Shown piece after piece: positions 1 to 10,844 of a stretch of 64,000 nucleotides of DNA (positions are counted from its first letter, which is position 1; each line of letters opens with the position of its first letter). Made by a program: the position numbers and the translations under genes. Where the stretch lies: the NCBI RefSeq assembly GCF_006345805.1, contig NC_043010.1:61628001-61692000 (forward strand), given 5' to 3'. Source of the stretch: Octopus sinensis (lineage: Eukaryota). The notes under the pieces were generated by a model. That model was not told the DNA's origin and ran no database searches. It saw nothing but the letters and a program-made list of their open reading frames with translations.

Positions 1-371
1 TGAAACTGCGTTGAGAGGGAAAGAAAGAAAGGAAAGATAGAGGGTGATATATATATATATGTAGAAAGAGAGAGAGATAGATAGATGAGAAGATAGGTGG
101 GATGCGATTAGTGGCAGTAAGAGCAGAAGCCAGAGTTTACCCCGAGAGAGATGAGGTCTCGAGGAGACATTTCGTATTTCAACTGTCATGTCTGACGTAC
201 TCAGTCGATTTACTAACGCAACCAACGATGTGACTTTAATTAACTACGGCCTTAGCTGTGGCCAGGAAGCACATGTGAGAATCGAACCGTTACAAGGCAG
301 CATTGCAGACAGGGTTTGTGACCGGGACAGAGGAGTGTCGTCAGTAGAGTTGTCGTTGTTATCGTACTTAC

Positions 372-445
372 CTGCTCTGACCAGCAACACAGTTCGTCGG
401 GGTAGGGACGACAGCTCGCTACATCAAGTAAGGGAGATAACAACC
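372..445 (-). other. Candidate exon ending at a strong splice donor (possible first or UTR exon of a gene running off the left end)
   Basis: Minus strand reads GAGCAG|GTAAGT (donor at 371/372) within a CpG-retaining stretch (~120-460). The upstream exon boundary is not defined. Confidence 0.3.
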
Positions 446-1886
446 AACTACTTTCGACTATTAATATTTAGGATTTTATTATAAGTTCACCTTTAAATAT
501 CCTTATTTATAATTTTTTGATAATTATTACAGGATTTGAACATTAATATATTGGTTTCTTGGTTAAGGTTGATTTTAATCAGCCAATAAACTAAACAATG
601 CCAGCACAAAATATTTCGAGAGGACATTTTCTGCTTACACCGTTTCTGCCTGATGGTCATAGAGTCACACACGCAGACAAAGTCACAATTGAAATTGATA
701 CGATTTTTTTTTTCCCTTTTTATTCAAACTAAACTGAAATTCCATGTTTATCAAAAATATTTTTCGTTTAATTATCTGAAATGTGCTTACATTGTTAAAA
801 AATAATTTTCTCTCGCAATTTCTGAACGAAAGATCTTCGTGAAAATCCGATTTATGACGAAATTGGACGAAGTGGACAAGCTTTAAGGAACCATAATCTG
901 CAATGATTTCAGTGAATTCCTCAGTGGCTCATTTCCTTCCAAATTAAATAGTTTATATGATCTGTGTTTATTTTACAATGGTAAAAAATATTTTTGGTGT
1001 TATTCTTTCGAAAGCGACAGCAAGATAATTAAGGCCTTCGCTCGACTTAGACAATTCTTGTTATTACAAGACAACTAAATAGTTGTTTCGCCCCAGATCA
1101 GTCTTGATTCAGCAGATTTATGATCAGCGACGTACAAGACGTTCAATGTTTCCTTTTTAAACAATGGGGTTTGATTTAAGGGAGAACTGGCCTTTTTTGG
1201 TTTCTATTACCAAATAGCTTTGATGTAAAGTTCACCCCCCCTCCCCTTATAGTTTCACTGGGACTCAAGCAAAGATGTACAATTGATAGATTTCCACAAA
1301 GGTCTACAATCAAAGGGTTCCAACGGTGGCCATCATGTCTAGTATAATGACAGTACTTTGGACTGCAATATCAATATTGTTTACCTCCGGGTCAGTTCTG
1401 ATCTACAATCAATTACGTTCCTGCTGTGACCATCATATCTAATATTCAAATGCAGTGTGTCTATATATTTATAGCCTTGATTCCCAAACTGGGGTCCGCA
1501 AAGGGGGTCACCATTTTTCAGATTTATAATGTTCAAGACCCTGGGTTTTCCAGTTTTAGCTAAAACTAGAACTATTGAACATGCACGCACTACACAGAAC
1601 CCCCTAATTTACACCCCCTTCCAGACAGCCAGCCCAGAATGTACCCCTGTCCACACTATACCCCATGCTTGCAGACAAATAACACAAATGTACCTCACTT
1701 ATAAAATAGAAAACATTCCAGCTATGATCATCCTATCATTTATTTGTACATAGTGTATCTAGGACTACATTATCTAATGTTAGTGTTGTTGTTTAGTCCT
1801 AGGTTAACCCAGACCCATCAGATCTGTGATCAATAAATGTTCCAGGTATGACCATCCTGTCTTCTATTCAAACATTATTTATGTAC

Positions 1887-2757
1887 AAGCTCCATTTGTG
1901 GCATTCTAAATTGGAATGTAAGAATTTTGCACCATTTCCAAACCTCAATACTTTCCTTGATGAAGATGGCCTTCCGAGTTGATGTTGACATAATGAAACA
2001 ACATGTCTTAATTCTTCATGTTGAAATTCAAAGATAATTCCCCAACCTACAAAACTTCAAGAAAGTTCATCTTTTCATCCCCAATCCCTTTGCAATCTCT
2101 GTTGTTGACCTTCCGCCAGAAGATTACGCCATTCAAAAAACAGTTTATCGTCTTGCTGAATGGTGGAGGTGTAAAAAAACGCCTTCTGTAATATGTGTTG
2201 CAGTGAATTCTGGATTGAAATGATGCAGTCCTATCCAGATGTCACCAAATTGGCCCTCAATTTCATTGTTCCATTTGCAATAATGTACGAATGTGAGACA
2301 GCCTTTGCAACTTTACCTGTGGCACATGGCCTAGTGGTTAGAGCAGCGGACTCGTGGTCAAGGGATTGTGGGTTCGAATTTCAGACTGGGCGATGTGTGT
2401 GTGTATGAGTGAAACACCTAAGCTTTACATGGCTCCAGCAGAAAGTAATGGCGAACTTCTGCTGACTCTTTTGCCACAACTTTCTCTCACTATTTCCTCC
2501 TGCATCATGCAGCTCACCTGCAACGGACCGGCATCCCGTCCAGGTAGGGAACCTATACGCCAAGGAAACCAGCCCTTATGAGCCAGGCGTGGCTTGAGAA
2601 GGAAAAAACAAAAAGAAGAAGGAACAACTTTACCTGCAATTAAAACAAAGGCTCACAATCAACTGGATGTTGTGCATGGCATGAGGGTCACGTTATTAAA
2701 AATGCAGCCTAATATTGAGGACATATTACAGATCAAACAAGTTCACCCCTCTCACTG
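1887..2757 (+). pseudogene. hAT/Buster transposase C-terminal (dimerisation domain) pseudogene, split by a SINE
   Basis: Frameshifted translation KLHLWHSKLE...FPNL...NPF...EFWIEMMQSYPDVTKLALNFIVPFAIMYECETAFATL [SINE] PAIKTKAHNQLDVVHGMRVTLLKMQPNIEDILQIKQVHPSH* matches the hAT C-terminal pattern FW..YP.L...A...PF..TY.CE..FS.L..IKTK.RN.L. Confidence 0.85.
2320..2624 (+). mobile_element. tRNA-derived SINE (family D) with 12-bp TSD
   Basis: A-box TGGCCTAGTGG and B-box GGTTCGAAT with an A-rich tail. Exact flanking repeat CAACTTTACCTG at 2308-2319 and 2625-2636. Homologous to 14582-14885 (-). Confidence 0.9.
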
Positions 2758-3553
2758 AAATTTTTTATTTTATCAGTAAAATTTTATCTCATGAAAAATT
2801 ATTTTATACAAGGTCATTTTGCTTTGTCTTCTCTGAGTTTTTCATTTTGGAGATGGGAGTGGGGGTCTGCAAAGCCTAAAAAAAATGGGAAAAATGGGAA
2901 AAAATGGGATCTATAGTATCTAATGTTAGTGGTCTTGAGGGCAGTGATCCGGCAGAATCATTACCGCACTGGATAAAATGGTTTATTTTGGGTTTTTAAG
3001 CTCTGGATTCAAATTCTGCCAAGGTCAACTTTGCCTTTCATCTTCTCAGAGTCAATAAAATAAGTACCAGTTGAGCACTGGGGTTGATGTAATTGACTAT
3101 CGCCCTCCTCTAAAATTGCTGGCCTTGTGCCAAAATATGAAACCAATATGTGTTGTTGTTTAGCCTCAGGTCAGCCCTGATCAAGCAAATTCATAATCAA
3201 AGGACTCCTGCCATTACCATTCTATCCTAATTTCAGACTAAGTATGTCTAGGGTTACGTTATCCAATGTGACATTCCTTTATAAAAGGAAGAGATTTAAC
3301 TGCTATTTCTAGCAGATCTTGTGACTACACAGATGCTTGTGTTGGGGTGTTGTTTAGCCTAGATACAACAGAGCTAAAATAGAAGACATTCCAGCTATGA
3401 TCATCCTATCATTTATTTGTACATAGTATATCTAGTACTACATTATCTAATGTTAATGTTGCTGTATAGCCCTAGGTTAACCGAGACCCATCAGATCTGT
3501 GATCAATAGATGTTCCACCTACAACCATCCTGTCTTCTATTCAAACATTATGT

Positions 3554-4180
3554 ACAAGGGTGGGCTGAAAAGTTCATAGCCTGACCATGAAGGAGCAATG
3601 CTAGGGTTGGGAAACTTTGCCTGCATAAATTTTAACTCTTCTTATTATCTCTGCCTTAGTGAAGGCAGAGGTATTGTTTTCAGTCATGTTTATCTGTGGA
3701 CAAGATATCTCAAAAACCACTGGATGGATTCGGATGAAACTTTCAGGGATGTTTGGCTTCATAGCTGGCACAAACTGATTAGATTTTGGGATCGATCCGG
3801 TACCGGACAAGGATTCTAGATTATTTTTCCTGTTTTTTTTTAACTTAATTTTTGAGAGAAGTTGGGTTCATTTTTAATATTCTCGTTTGTGAGAGCAATC
3901 GAGTTTATTTCAGATATTCTCATTTTAAAAATCCTCTCCCAGCTAATCGTTGGTGTTGCCTTGGTGGAGGTTTGTGCTCTCTGAGTGCTCTTGTTAATAA
4001 GTGCATTGTTGCTTTCCAACTAAATGACATCTGACTGTCCAAAGAACTCTTCAAAAGTAACTAGTAGTGACTTCTCTTGAAAATGGACAAAATTAGTCAA
4101 CATGGTGTTATCAAGTACCTTCAGAAAAAGGGTTTAGCCCTCAAGGACATTCATGCTGACATGGTTGCTACATGGTTGCT
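3554..4180 (+). mobile_element. Tc1/mariner 5' fragment (TIR plus transposase N-terminus) interrupted by a Helentron-type element
   Basis: TA-CAAGGGTGGGCTGAAAAGTTC terminal motif. The ORF at 4077 reads MKMDKISQHGVIKYLQKKGLALKDIHADMVAT, a mariner-like N-terminal HTH. Confidence 0.7.
3643..3995 (+). mobile_element. Non-autonomous Helentron/DINE-1-like (HINE) element
   Basis: 5' hairpin ctctgcctt-agtg-aaggcagag, a 3' subterminal repeat ccttggtggagg, a terminal hairpin gtgctctctgagtgc ending in tgtt, and T-rich junctions. Confidence 0.6.
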
Positions 4181-4339
4181 ACAGTGTGTGTATTGGTCCT
4201 GTGTGCCTCGTTTGGCTTTCTTCAAATTCGTATTTCAGTTGTATGCAGTTAATTTGTCGAAGAGAAAACCTGTATACGATATACGTAGCACATTTGTAAA
4301 GTGCCGTATATACATATGTTGTATCATGGCTTTCCATCG

Positions 4340-4706
4340 GTTATGACGACAGGGGTTCCAATTCATCCGATCAACAGAACAGCATGCTCATGAAATTAAT
4401 GTGTAAGTGGCTGAGCATTCCACAGACACGTGTACCCTTAACATAGTTCTCAGGGAGATTCAGCGTGACACAGAGTGTGACAAGGCTGGCCCTTTGAAAT
4501 ACAGGTACAACAGAAACAGGAAGAAAGAGGGAGAGAAAGTTGTGGTGAAAGAGTACAGCAGGTTCACCACCACCCCTTGCTGCAGCCTTGTGGAGCTTTA
4601 GGTGTTTTTGCTCAATAAACACTCACAACACCCGATCTGGGAATTAAAACCACGATCCTATGACCGCGAGTCTGCTGCCCTAACCACTGGGCCATTGCAC
4701 TTCCAC
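4340..4706 (-). mobile_element. tRNA-derived SINE (family D head and body with a different 3' tail)
   Basis: Minus strand gtgcaatggcccagtggttagggcagcagactcgcgg... with a body shared with 2320-2624 and tail gtacctgtatttcaaagggccagccttgtcacactc. Confidence 0.75.
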
Positions 4707-5417
4707 ATATATTGTATACATGGCATTCAATATGTTTACAGGTAAGCCAGGTGTGTGTGTGTATTTGTATGTGCACACAAGCGCCCATGTATATATGTAC
4801 ATATGCAAGCACATATGTATGCATATAGACATGGATGTATGTTTATATGCATGTGTGTGCCAATGTTGCAGTTGCTGCATAAATGTATGTTTTTGATTAA
4901 TGTATGTGTATTAATATTCAAATGTGCACATCAACATGTGTGTGTGTGTGTGTGTACGTATGTGCATGTATGTATTGCGGAATCAGTAGAATGACCCAAA
5001 ACTTCCTAAGACCCCAGAATCATCCTTGATGATGCATCTTACAGGTACCACAGTTGATTGGATGTTAATGGTTTTACCCCCCCCCCCCACTTTCGTACAT
5101 CCACTCTGAGTCACCATAATCATCAAACACTAAACTCACCTTGGAAATAATCCGTTCAACTTTTTAACGTAAGGCATGGAGTTCTCCCCCTTGCACTTCT
5201 TGACAGGAGTTTGTTACCCACCACCACCACCACTTACTCCAGGTCGGCTTTCATCCTTCATAAAGTAGACCTGTGGTTGCAGGTATCGAACCATGACTGT
5301 CCCATCTTTCAGAATTAATTTGTCTGGGAAATTCATTGTCCAATCTGTAGTATTTTGGAAAGAGAGAGAGAGAGGTAAGGTTTGGGAGGGAATTAAGGAG
5401 TGCTATCACACCACAAG

Positions 5418-5421
<4 letters not shown>

Positions 5422-5500
<79 letters not shown>
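5422..5500. repeat. (GATA)n-(GA)n microsatellite
   Basis: Direct reading of the sequence. Confidence 0.95.
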
Positions 5501-5505
<5 letters not shown>

Positions 5506-5599
5506 GAAATATAAATCCAACTTCTTCCATGTTTAGATTTCATAGCTGAATAGCTTCCCTTGTATTGTCTATATTCACTAGAAAAAGTAACAGTTGCTG

Positions 5600-6610
5600 A
5601 TATTGTTTAGCCCTGAGTTAGTACTTACTGAGCAGACTCAGGGACAAAGGTATTTCATCCTGTTATCAAGGCATTGTATATCCAAGAGTACATTATCTTA
5701 TGTATCCTTTCTTCTTTGAGACAGTAAGGTACGAGTGGAGGGAAATTTGGCTGCTATTTCTAACAGATTGTGTGACAACATACAGGCATTCCATCAATGG
5801 TTTGTGTTGTAAGGATCAGTGGCATGGTCATTACCTGACCAGCAAGAAGCAACAGCTAAACCTCCTCAAATCACCTACCATCACAATGCGGTTGGACATA
5901 TTGGATAATGTAGTCCTAGGTGCACTGTGTCTGGCAAAAACAAAACAAAAAAGGGATGGTCATGATTGGAACATCTTTAACCATAGGTCTGCTCAGTTGT
6001 GGATGACCTGGGGCTAAACAACAAGTGTTGTTAACAAAACAATGAGAAATCCTGGGTGACTCAATTAGCAAGGAAGTCCCTTAAATGGCATCGTGAAAAA
6101 AAGGACACACTGAAATAAGTAGTCCAAGGTACACTATTCTTGAAAATAAGATTGGGTAATGATGGCTGCGATGCCTTTGATCCTAATTCTGCTCAATCAG
6201 GGATGACCTAGGGCTGTAAACAACAACGCTAATACCACCAAGACCCATTAAGGGAACATCAACATTGTTGCTGGAACTGCTAGAAATAGCAGCCAAATTT
6301 CTTTAAATCACATCTTAGCAAAGGGCACATTAGAGAATGTGGTCCTGGTTGGAATATCTATGACGTTAGGTCTACTTGATCACAGCTGAGCTGGGGTCAA
6401 ACAACAACACTATACCCCCAACACCAACAAGGAAAGGGCCTGTATGTGGTTGCTGAACCAGTCAGAGTTTCCTTAAATTATAAATTCCTTTAAAACAGAA
6501 AGGATAATGAAATCTGAGATATACAATTAGACAGGGTGGTCATGGATGGACCATCTTTGATCATAGGTCTGGTGTATCAGCGCTGGCATAGAGCTAAATA
6601 ACAACAACAG
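5600..6610. repeat. Cluster of ~5 tandem copies of an unclassified ~200-bp dispersed repeat (family F)
   Basis: Recurrent motifs GCTATTTCTAGCAG and TTGTTGTTTAGCCCCAGG. Minus-strand ends ggggctaaacaacaa occur near 6010, 6210, 6393 and 6593. Confidence 0.7.
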
Positions 6611-6874
6611 AGTCCTTAAGAGTAAATTCAAGGGGGGAAAACAAAATATTTCATTTTATTTTATTTTATTGCAAAAGAAATGAAAACTATTTAAAAAATG
6701 AAAATTGTTCAGGAAAATGTTTTTAAAATCAATCCTGAGATGTTCAATAAAATACAATGATTGATCATTGGACTATAAATTGCTCAACAGGACTTTATTA
6801 CTGGTGCTAATTAATCCCATAGGGATCAAATGCAAAGTCTTTGTTGGAATACTGTGAATGGCTACAGTTGGTTA

Positions 6875-7345
6875 TACTGTCCTTTCTACCAACCGGTAGA
6901 AACGTTGGTATCTGCTGTACTGCCCTTTCTACCAACCAGTAGAGACATTTGTGTTTGCTGTACTGTCCTTTCTACCAACCAGTAGAGACATTTATATCTG
7001 CTGTACTGTCCTTTCTACCAACCGGTAGAAACATTTGTATCTGCTGTACTGTCCTTTCTACCAACTGGTAGAAACATTTGCCAGATGTCTCGCTATTTCT
7101 GCCAGAAATGAAATATTTGGGTATTATGTACTCCATTCTACCAACTGGTAGATGCATCTGTATATGCTGTACTGTCCTATCTACCAACAGGTAGCTGTAT
7201 TTGTTATATTGCCCTCTTCTACCAACAGACAGATTTGTGTCGGTTTTACTGCAATTAGCAATAGGTATTATTTTTGTGGTGTGTGTCCATTCTACCAGCT
7301 GGCAGAAGATATATATAAAATTTACCCAACAGTTGTATCTGCCAT
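6875..7345. repeat. 43-bp palindromic minisatellite, 5 good and ~4-5 decayed copies
   Basis: Unit tactgtcctttctaccaaccggtagaaacatttgtatctgctg starts at 6875, 6918, 6961, 7004 and 7047. It carries an internal inverted repeat TTTCTACC/GGTAGAAA. Confidence 0.9.
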
Positions 7346-7415
7346 AATTCTTTTGGCATTAGTCAGATTTACCAACAAGGATTCCTAGAGACACTGACTC
7401 CCCGAGACATTTTAC

Positions 7416-8060
7416 CTGTAGATAGGTTAAGGGCAAACAGTGTTTCTTTAAATGTACTTTGAACAAGAAGGCACTAGGGAAGGACTTGTCACAGAATTGA
7501 CATCTGCACTGCTTTGCTGCGGCATCTGCAGATTGGGGATCATTATTGGTTTTTTCATCATCAGGACTTTCATCATCAAAATTTTCATCATCTTCATCAT
7601 CAGCTTTACTATCTTCATCAGTTTTACCACCATCAAGTTGATCAACATCAGTAGCCATGACTGGTTCTTCTTCTTCAACAGACATTACGGAATGTTCTGC
7701 CGTAGCGTCCAAATTACTAACAGAATTCGTTTTTAATGGTTCTGTACCAGTGTCAGCTTCAACAACCCCTTTTTCGGGGCCAGTTTGCTCACTTTCTTCC
7801 TCTGCTGTTTGTTCTTTCATCTCCAGTGGATATTTCGAACAAAAATATTTGACGGCTGTTGAAGAGTTGGTATGAGTTTTGATATGTTCCCAGAAATCCG
7901 TTTTGTTTGAATAAGAAGAAAAACAGAAATTGCAATCGTACTTGGTGATTGGATGAGTAGTCAGGTGGAGTTTCCATTCGTGAAAGTCTTTGAAATTTAA
8001 GTTGCAAGCTTGACACAAATAAGTTTTAGTAGGGTCTTCAGGAGTATCGGGACCTTCCAT
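7416..8060 (-). CDS. C2H2 zinc-finger protein, coding exon (3 fingers with an acidic spacer)
   Basis: ORF 7359-8060 has fingers CQAC..HLTTH, CNFC..HIKTH and CQFC..HLKKH around a D/E-rich spacer. Acceptor ttgtcag| at 8068-8069 with an in-frame TAA just upstream of the ATG. Likely donor CAG|GTAAAA at 7415/7416. Confidence 0.8.
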
Positions 8061-8803
8061 TCTTTATCTGACAATCAACGAATCAAATATTTCAAATGGG
8101 GCAGGAATAAATAAACTCAGGGTTGGGATACAATTCCCTTCAGGCAGCACAAAGGTACGAGTTGACTTTCAAAACACAAATGGTAAATCAAATGCAAATT
8201 TATTACTATTCAAAAGCTGTTACATACTAATTAGCAGGGATTCTGAATGTTGGCAACAAGTCTCCTCACATCTTAAAAAACCTTTCTTAAGATTCACACA
8301 GGATGAAACTTTTTTGCAGATTGACAATGTATGTAGCCAATTCTAGTATGCTTCAGTGTTTTAGGTAACGGTCAGGGTATTGTACCAAGTGCACCAAAAT
8401 TAATATTATTATTTGTACTAGTTGCAGTAATTATATAGCAGTGGAAAGCAATGCTCTTTTTTTTTTTAGAATATAAAAAATATCTTCCATTAGTTATATT
8501 AAAACATTGGTTTCATTTACTACGTATGTTCTTAGATAACTTCAGCTGTAGAGAAATTGCTTGCAACATTTATTCTCAACACATTTCAGAAATTAAAACT
8601 GTACAAGACTGGTATTTCAGTAAAAGATTTGGTTGAATTTGATTTCCAGACAATCACCGTGGCATGACATGGTTTCTAATTCTTCACAGTTTTCCAAGAA
8701 AGGGAAGCACAGGTAGTGAATTTGGTGCAGTACCATATGGCAGCAGAAAATAATTACCTGGAAATATAAAGGGTATATATATATATATAACAAATTAAAG
8801 AAA

Positions 8804-8960
8804 GAAAATGCACACATTTTATATATTTTTTTAATAAATTTCATATTGTGTTTGTCGACCGGTTTCGCTTTTGCTTAGTGAAAGCAAAACTGGTCAACAA
8901 GCACACTATAAAATTTATTTTAAAATATATTAAAACTATGTAAAGTGTGTGTGCATTTTC
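8804..8960. repeat. Foldback (long inverted repeat) element containing hammerhead half-motifs
   Basis: Arms of ~65-80 bp (gaaaatgcacac...gaccggtttcgcttt and aaagcaaaactggtc...gtgtgcattttc) around a ~9-nt loop. Confidence 0.8.
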
Positions 8961-9004
8961 CTTCATAGTAGAAGTCAATACATATGTGTGTGTGTGTGTG
9001 TATG

Positions 9005-9181
9005 CACTGGTTCAATTCCACTCCTTTGTTATTAGTCGACTGGTTAAATATACAACTAACGAACCAATTGATTAACATACGAAGACAAATCAAACAACTT
9101 ACTGTCTAACCAAATTAAACTATCAATTAGTTGGATATTTAACCAACTGACTAATACTAAAGGAGTGAAACTGAACCAGTG
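9005..9181. mobile_element. MITE-like foldback element with ~55-bp TIRs inserted in a (TG)n tract
   Basis: 9005-9059 is a near reverse complement of 9127-9181, with TG repeats on both sides. Confidence 0.75.
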
Positions 9182-9459
9182 TGTGTGTTAATATCCCTGG
9201 ACACAACAAAATTTGTTTCAACACAGGAATTCACATAAAGAATCTTGCAAACCAGATACTAAAACAAAGTGCATATATTATATGTGTATATGTATATATA
9301 TCCCTCTCTCACTTTCAGAGAGGCACTGAGCACCTACACGCACATATACACACACGGCAGTAACTTCCGCCTGCCGAATTCAATCACAAAGCTTCGGTGC
9401 GTGTGTGTATATATATATGTATAAATTTTTAATCAGCAGACAATACAAAGTTATTCAAG

Positions 9460-9636
9460 AGTGAGACAAGGCTGGCCTTTGAAATACAGGTACTACTGGT
9501 TTTTGCCAGTTGAGTGGACTGGAGCAATGTAAAATAAAATGTTTTGCTCAAGGACACAATGTGTTACCGGGAATTGAACTCACAACCTTACGATCGTGAG
9601 CCAAATGCCCTAACCACTAAGCCACGTACCTTCACA
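9460..9636 (-). mobile_element. tRNA-headed SINE, mosaic
   Basis: Head gaaggtacgtggcttagtggttaggg...gagttcaattcc, body ttgtgtccttgagcaaaac, and a tail shared with 4340-4706. Confidence 0.65.
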
Positions 9637-10462
9637 CACACAAACACATGATGGAATTCTTTCAGTTTCTGTCTAGCAAATCTACTCATAAGGCTTTGGT
9701 CAGCCCAGGGCTATAGCAGAAGGCACCCGCACCAAGTGCCATGCAGTCGGTTGGAACCTGAGACCACATGGTTGGGAAGCAAGCTTCTTAACCGCGGTCT
9801 TCCCTTCTTCTCAACCAAAACCGAATGAAGTACAACAAATACTCTTGCCATTGCCAACAGAGATCTAGGAAGCAATAAATATTTATTCAAGGGATTATCT
9901 AAAACACAATATATTTCAAGACTTTTGCGTTATTTCCTAAGTAGAAGCCATGGAGCCATTTCGTTGATGTGGCTGACTTCCACCCGGTTTATACCCGACT
10001 CTAAATCTAGACGTGGTGTTTCCAGTTGGTGTGAACAACAAATAACTTGTCAAGATTTGATTTCAGGGGACATAACTCCATCACTTCGACCGTTGTAGCT
10101 CCTTGTGTAAAGGTTGTGTTAGTCAACTCCAAGCCAAGCTTCATTGAGCACACTCACACGAAGAGACCATCCAGCCTTGACCGCCTCATCTCTTAAAGAA
10201 TACTAGGACTTCCATTACCTAATGTGTCCTCATTTTAAAGTATCAGTGTTATTTGAAGGAGATCTGACTGCTATTTCTAGCAGGATTCCCTTGTCGCCTC
10301 ATTAGTGAACAGGCTTCAAAGACAGTAGAGGCCCACTTTCACATTTTAAAGAGGGATGCAACTGGCCACTTTCTGGTAAATATTTTTTCACACGAAAGAG
10401 TTAAGTTTCCTGTTCACAATTTATAGATAGAGTTATGGTAGTTTACTTCCCTCCTTCCACAC

Positions 10463-10730
10463 CTCATCGTTTAACGTCCGCTTTCCATGCTAGCATGGGT
10501 TGGACGGTTCAACTGGAGTCTGGGAAGCCCGAAGGCTGCACCAGGCCAGTCAGATCTGGCAATGTTTCTACGGCTGGATGCCCTTCCTAACGCCAACCAC
10601 TCCGTGAGTGTAGTGGGTGCTTTTTATGTGCCACCGACACAGGTGCCAGACGAGGCTGGTGAACAGCCACGCTCGGATGGTGTTTTTTACGTGCCACCAG
10701 CACGGAGGCCAGGCTAGGCTGGCACGGCCC
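10463..10730 (-). mobile_element. (ATG)n-tailed retroposon (family C)
   Basis: Conserved GGAGTGGTTGGCGTTAGGAAGGGCATCCAGC motif and taaacgatga tail. Many other copies in the window. Confidence 0.75.
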
Positions 10731-10844
10731 TGTGTATAATATATATATATATATAACATACATATATAGATAGATAATTAGATGGATGGATGGATGGACG
10801 GACGGACGGATAGATATATTACATATATCATGGTACTGACCAGA

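Larger units (their letters stand above)
1472..2912 (+). mobile_element. Internally deleted hAT (Charlie/Buster-type) DNA transposon fossil
   Basis: Left end tagccttgattcccaaactggggtccgc resembles Charlie-type TIRs, and the right end ggggtctgc...aaaaatggga is degenerate. It contains a decayed transposase C-terminus. Confidence 0.65.

Noticed and set aside
188-484. 98-aa plus-strand ORF
   Set aside because: No recognisable domain. The stronger signal here is a minus-strand splice donor.
4983-5213. Apparent continuation of a coding frame beyond the candidate exon
   Set aside because: It needs one stop read-through and two frameshifts, and no recognisable homology supports it.
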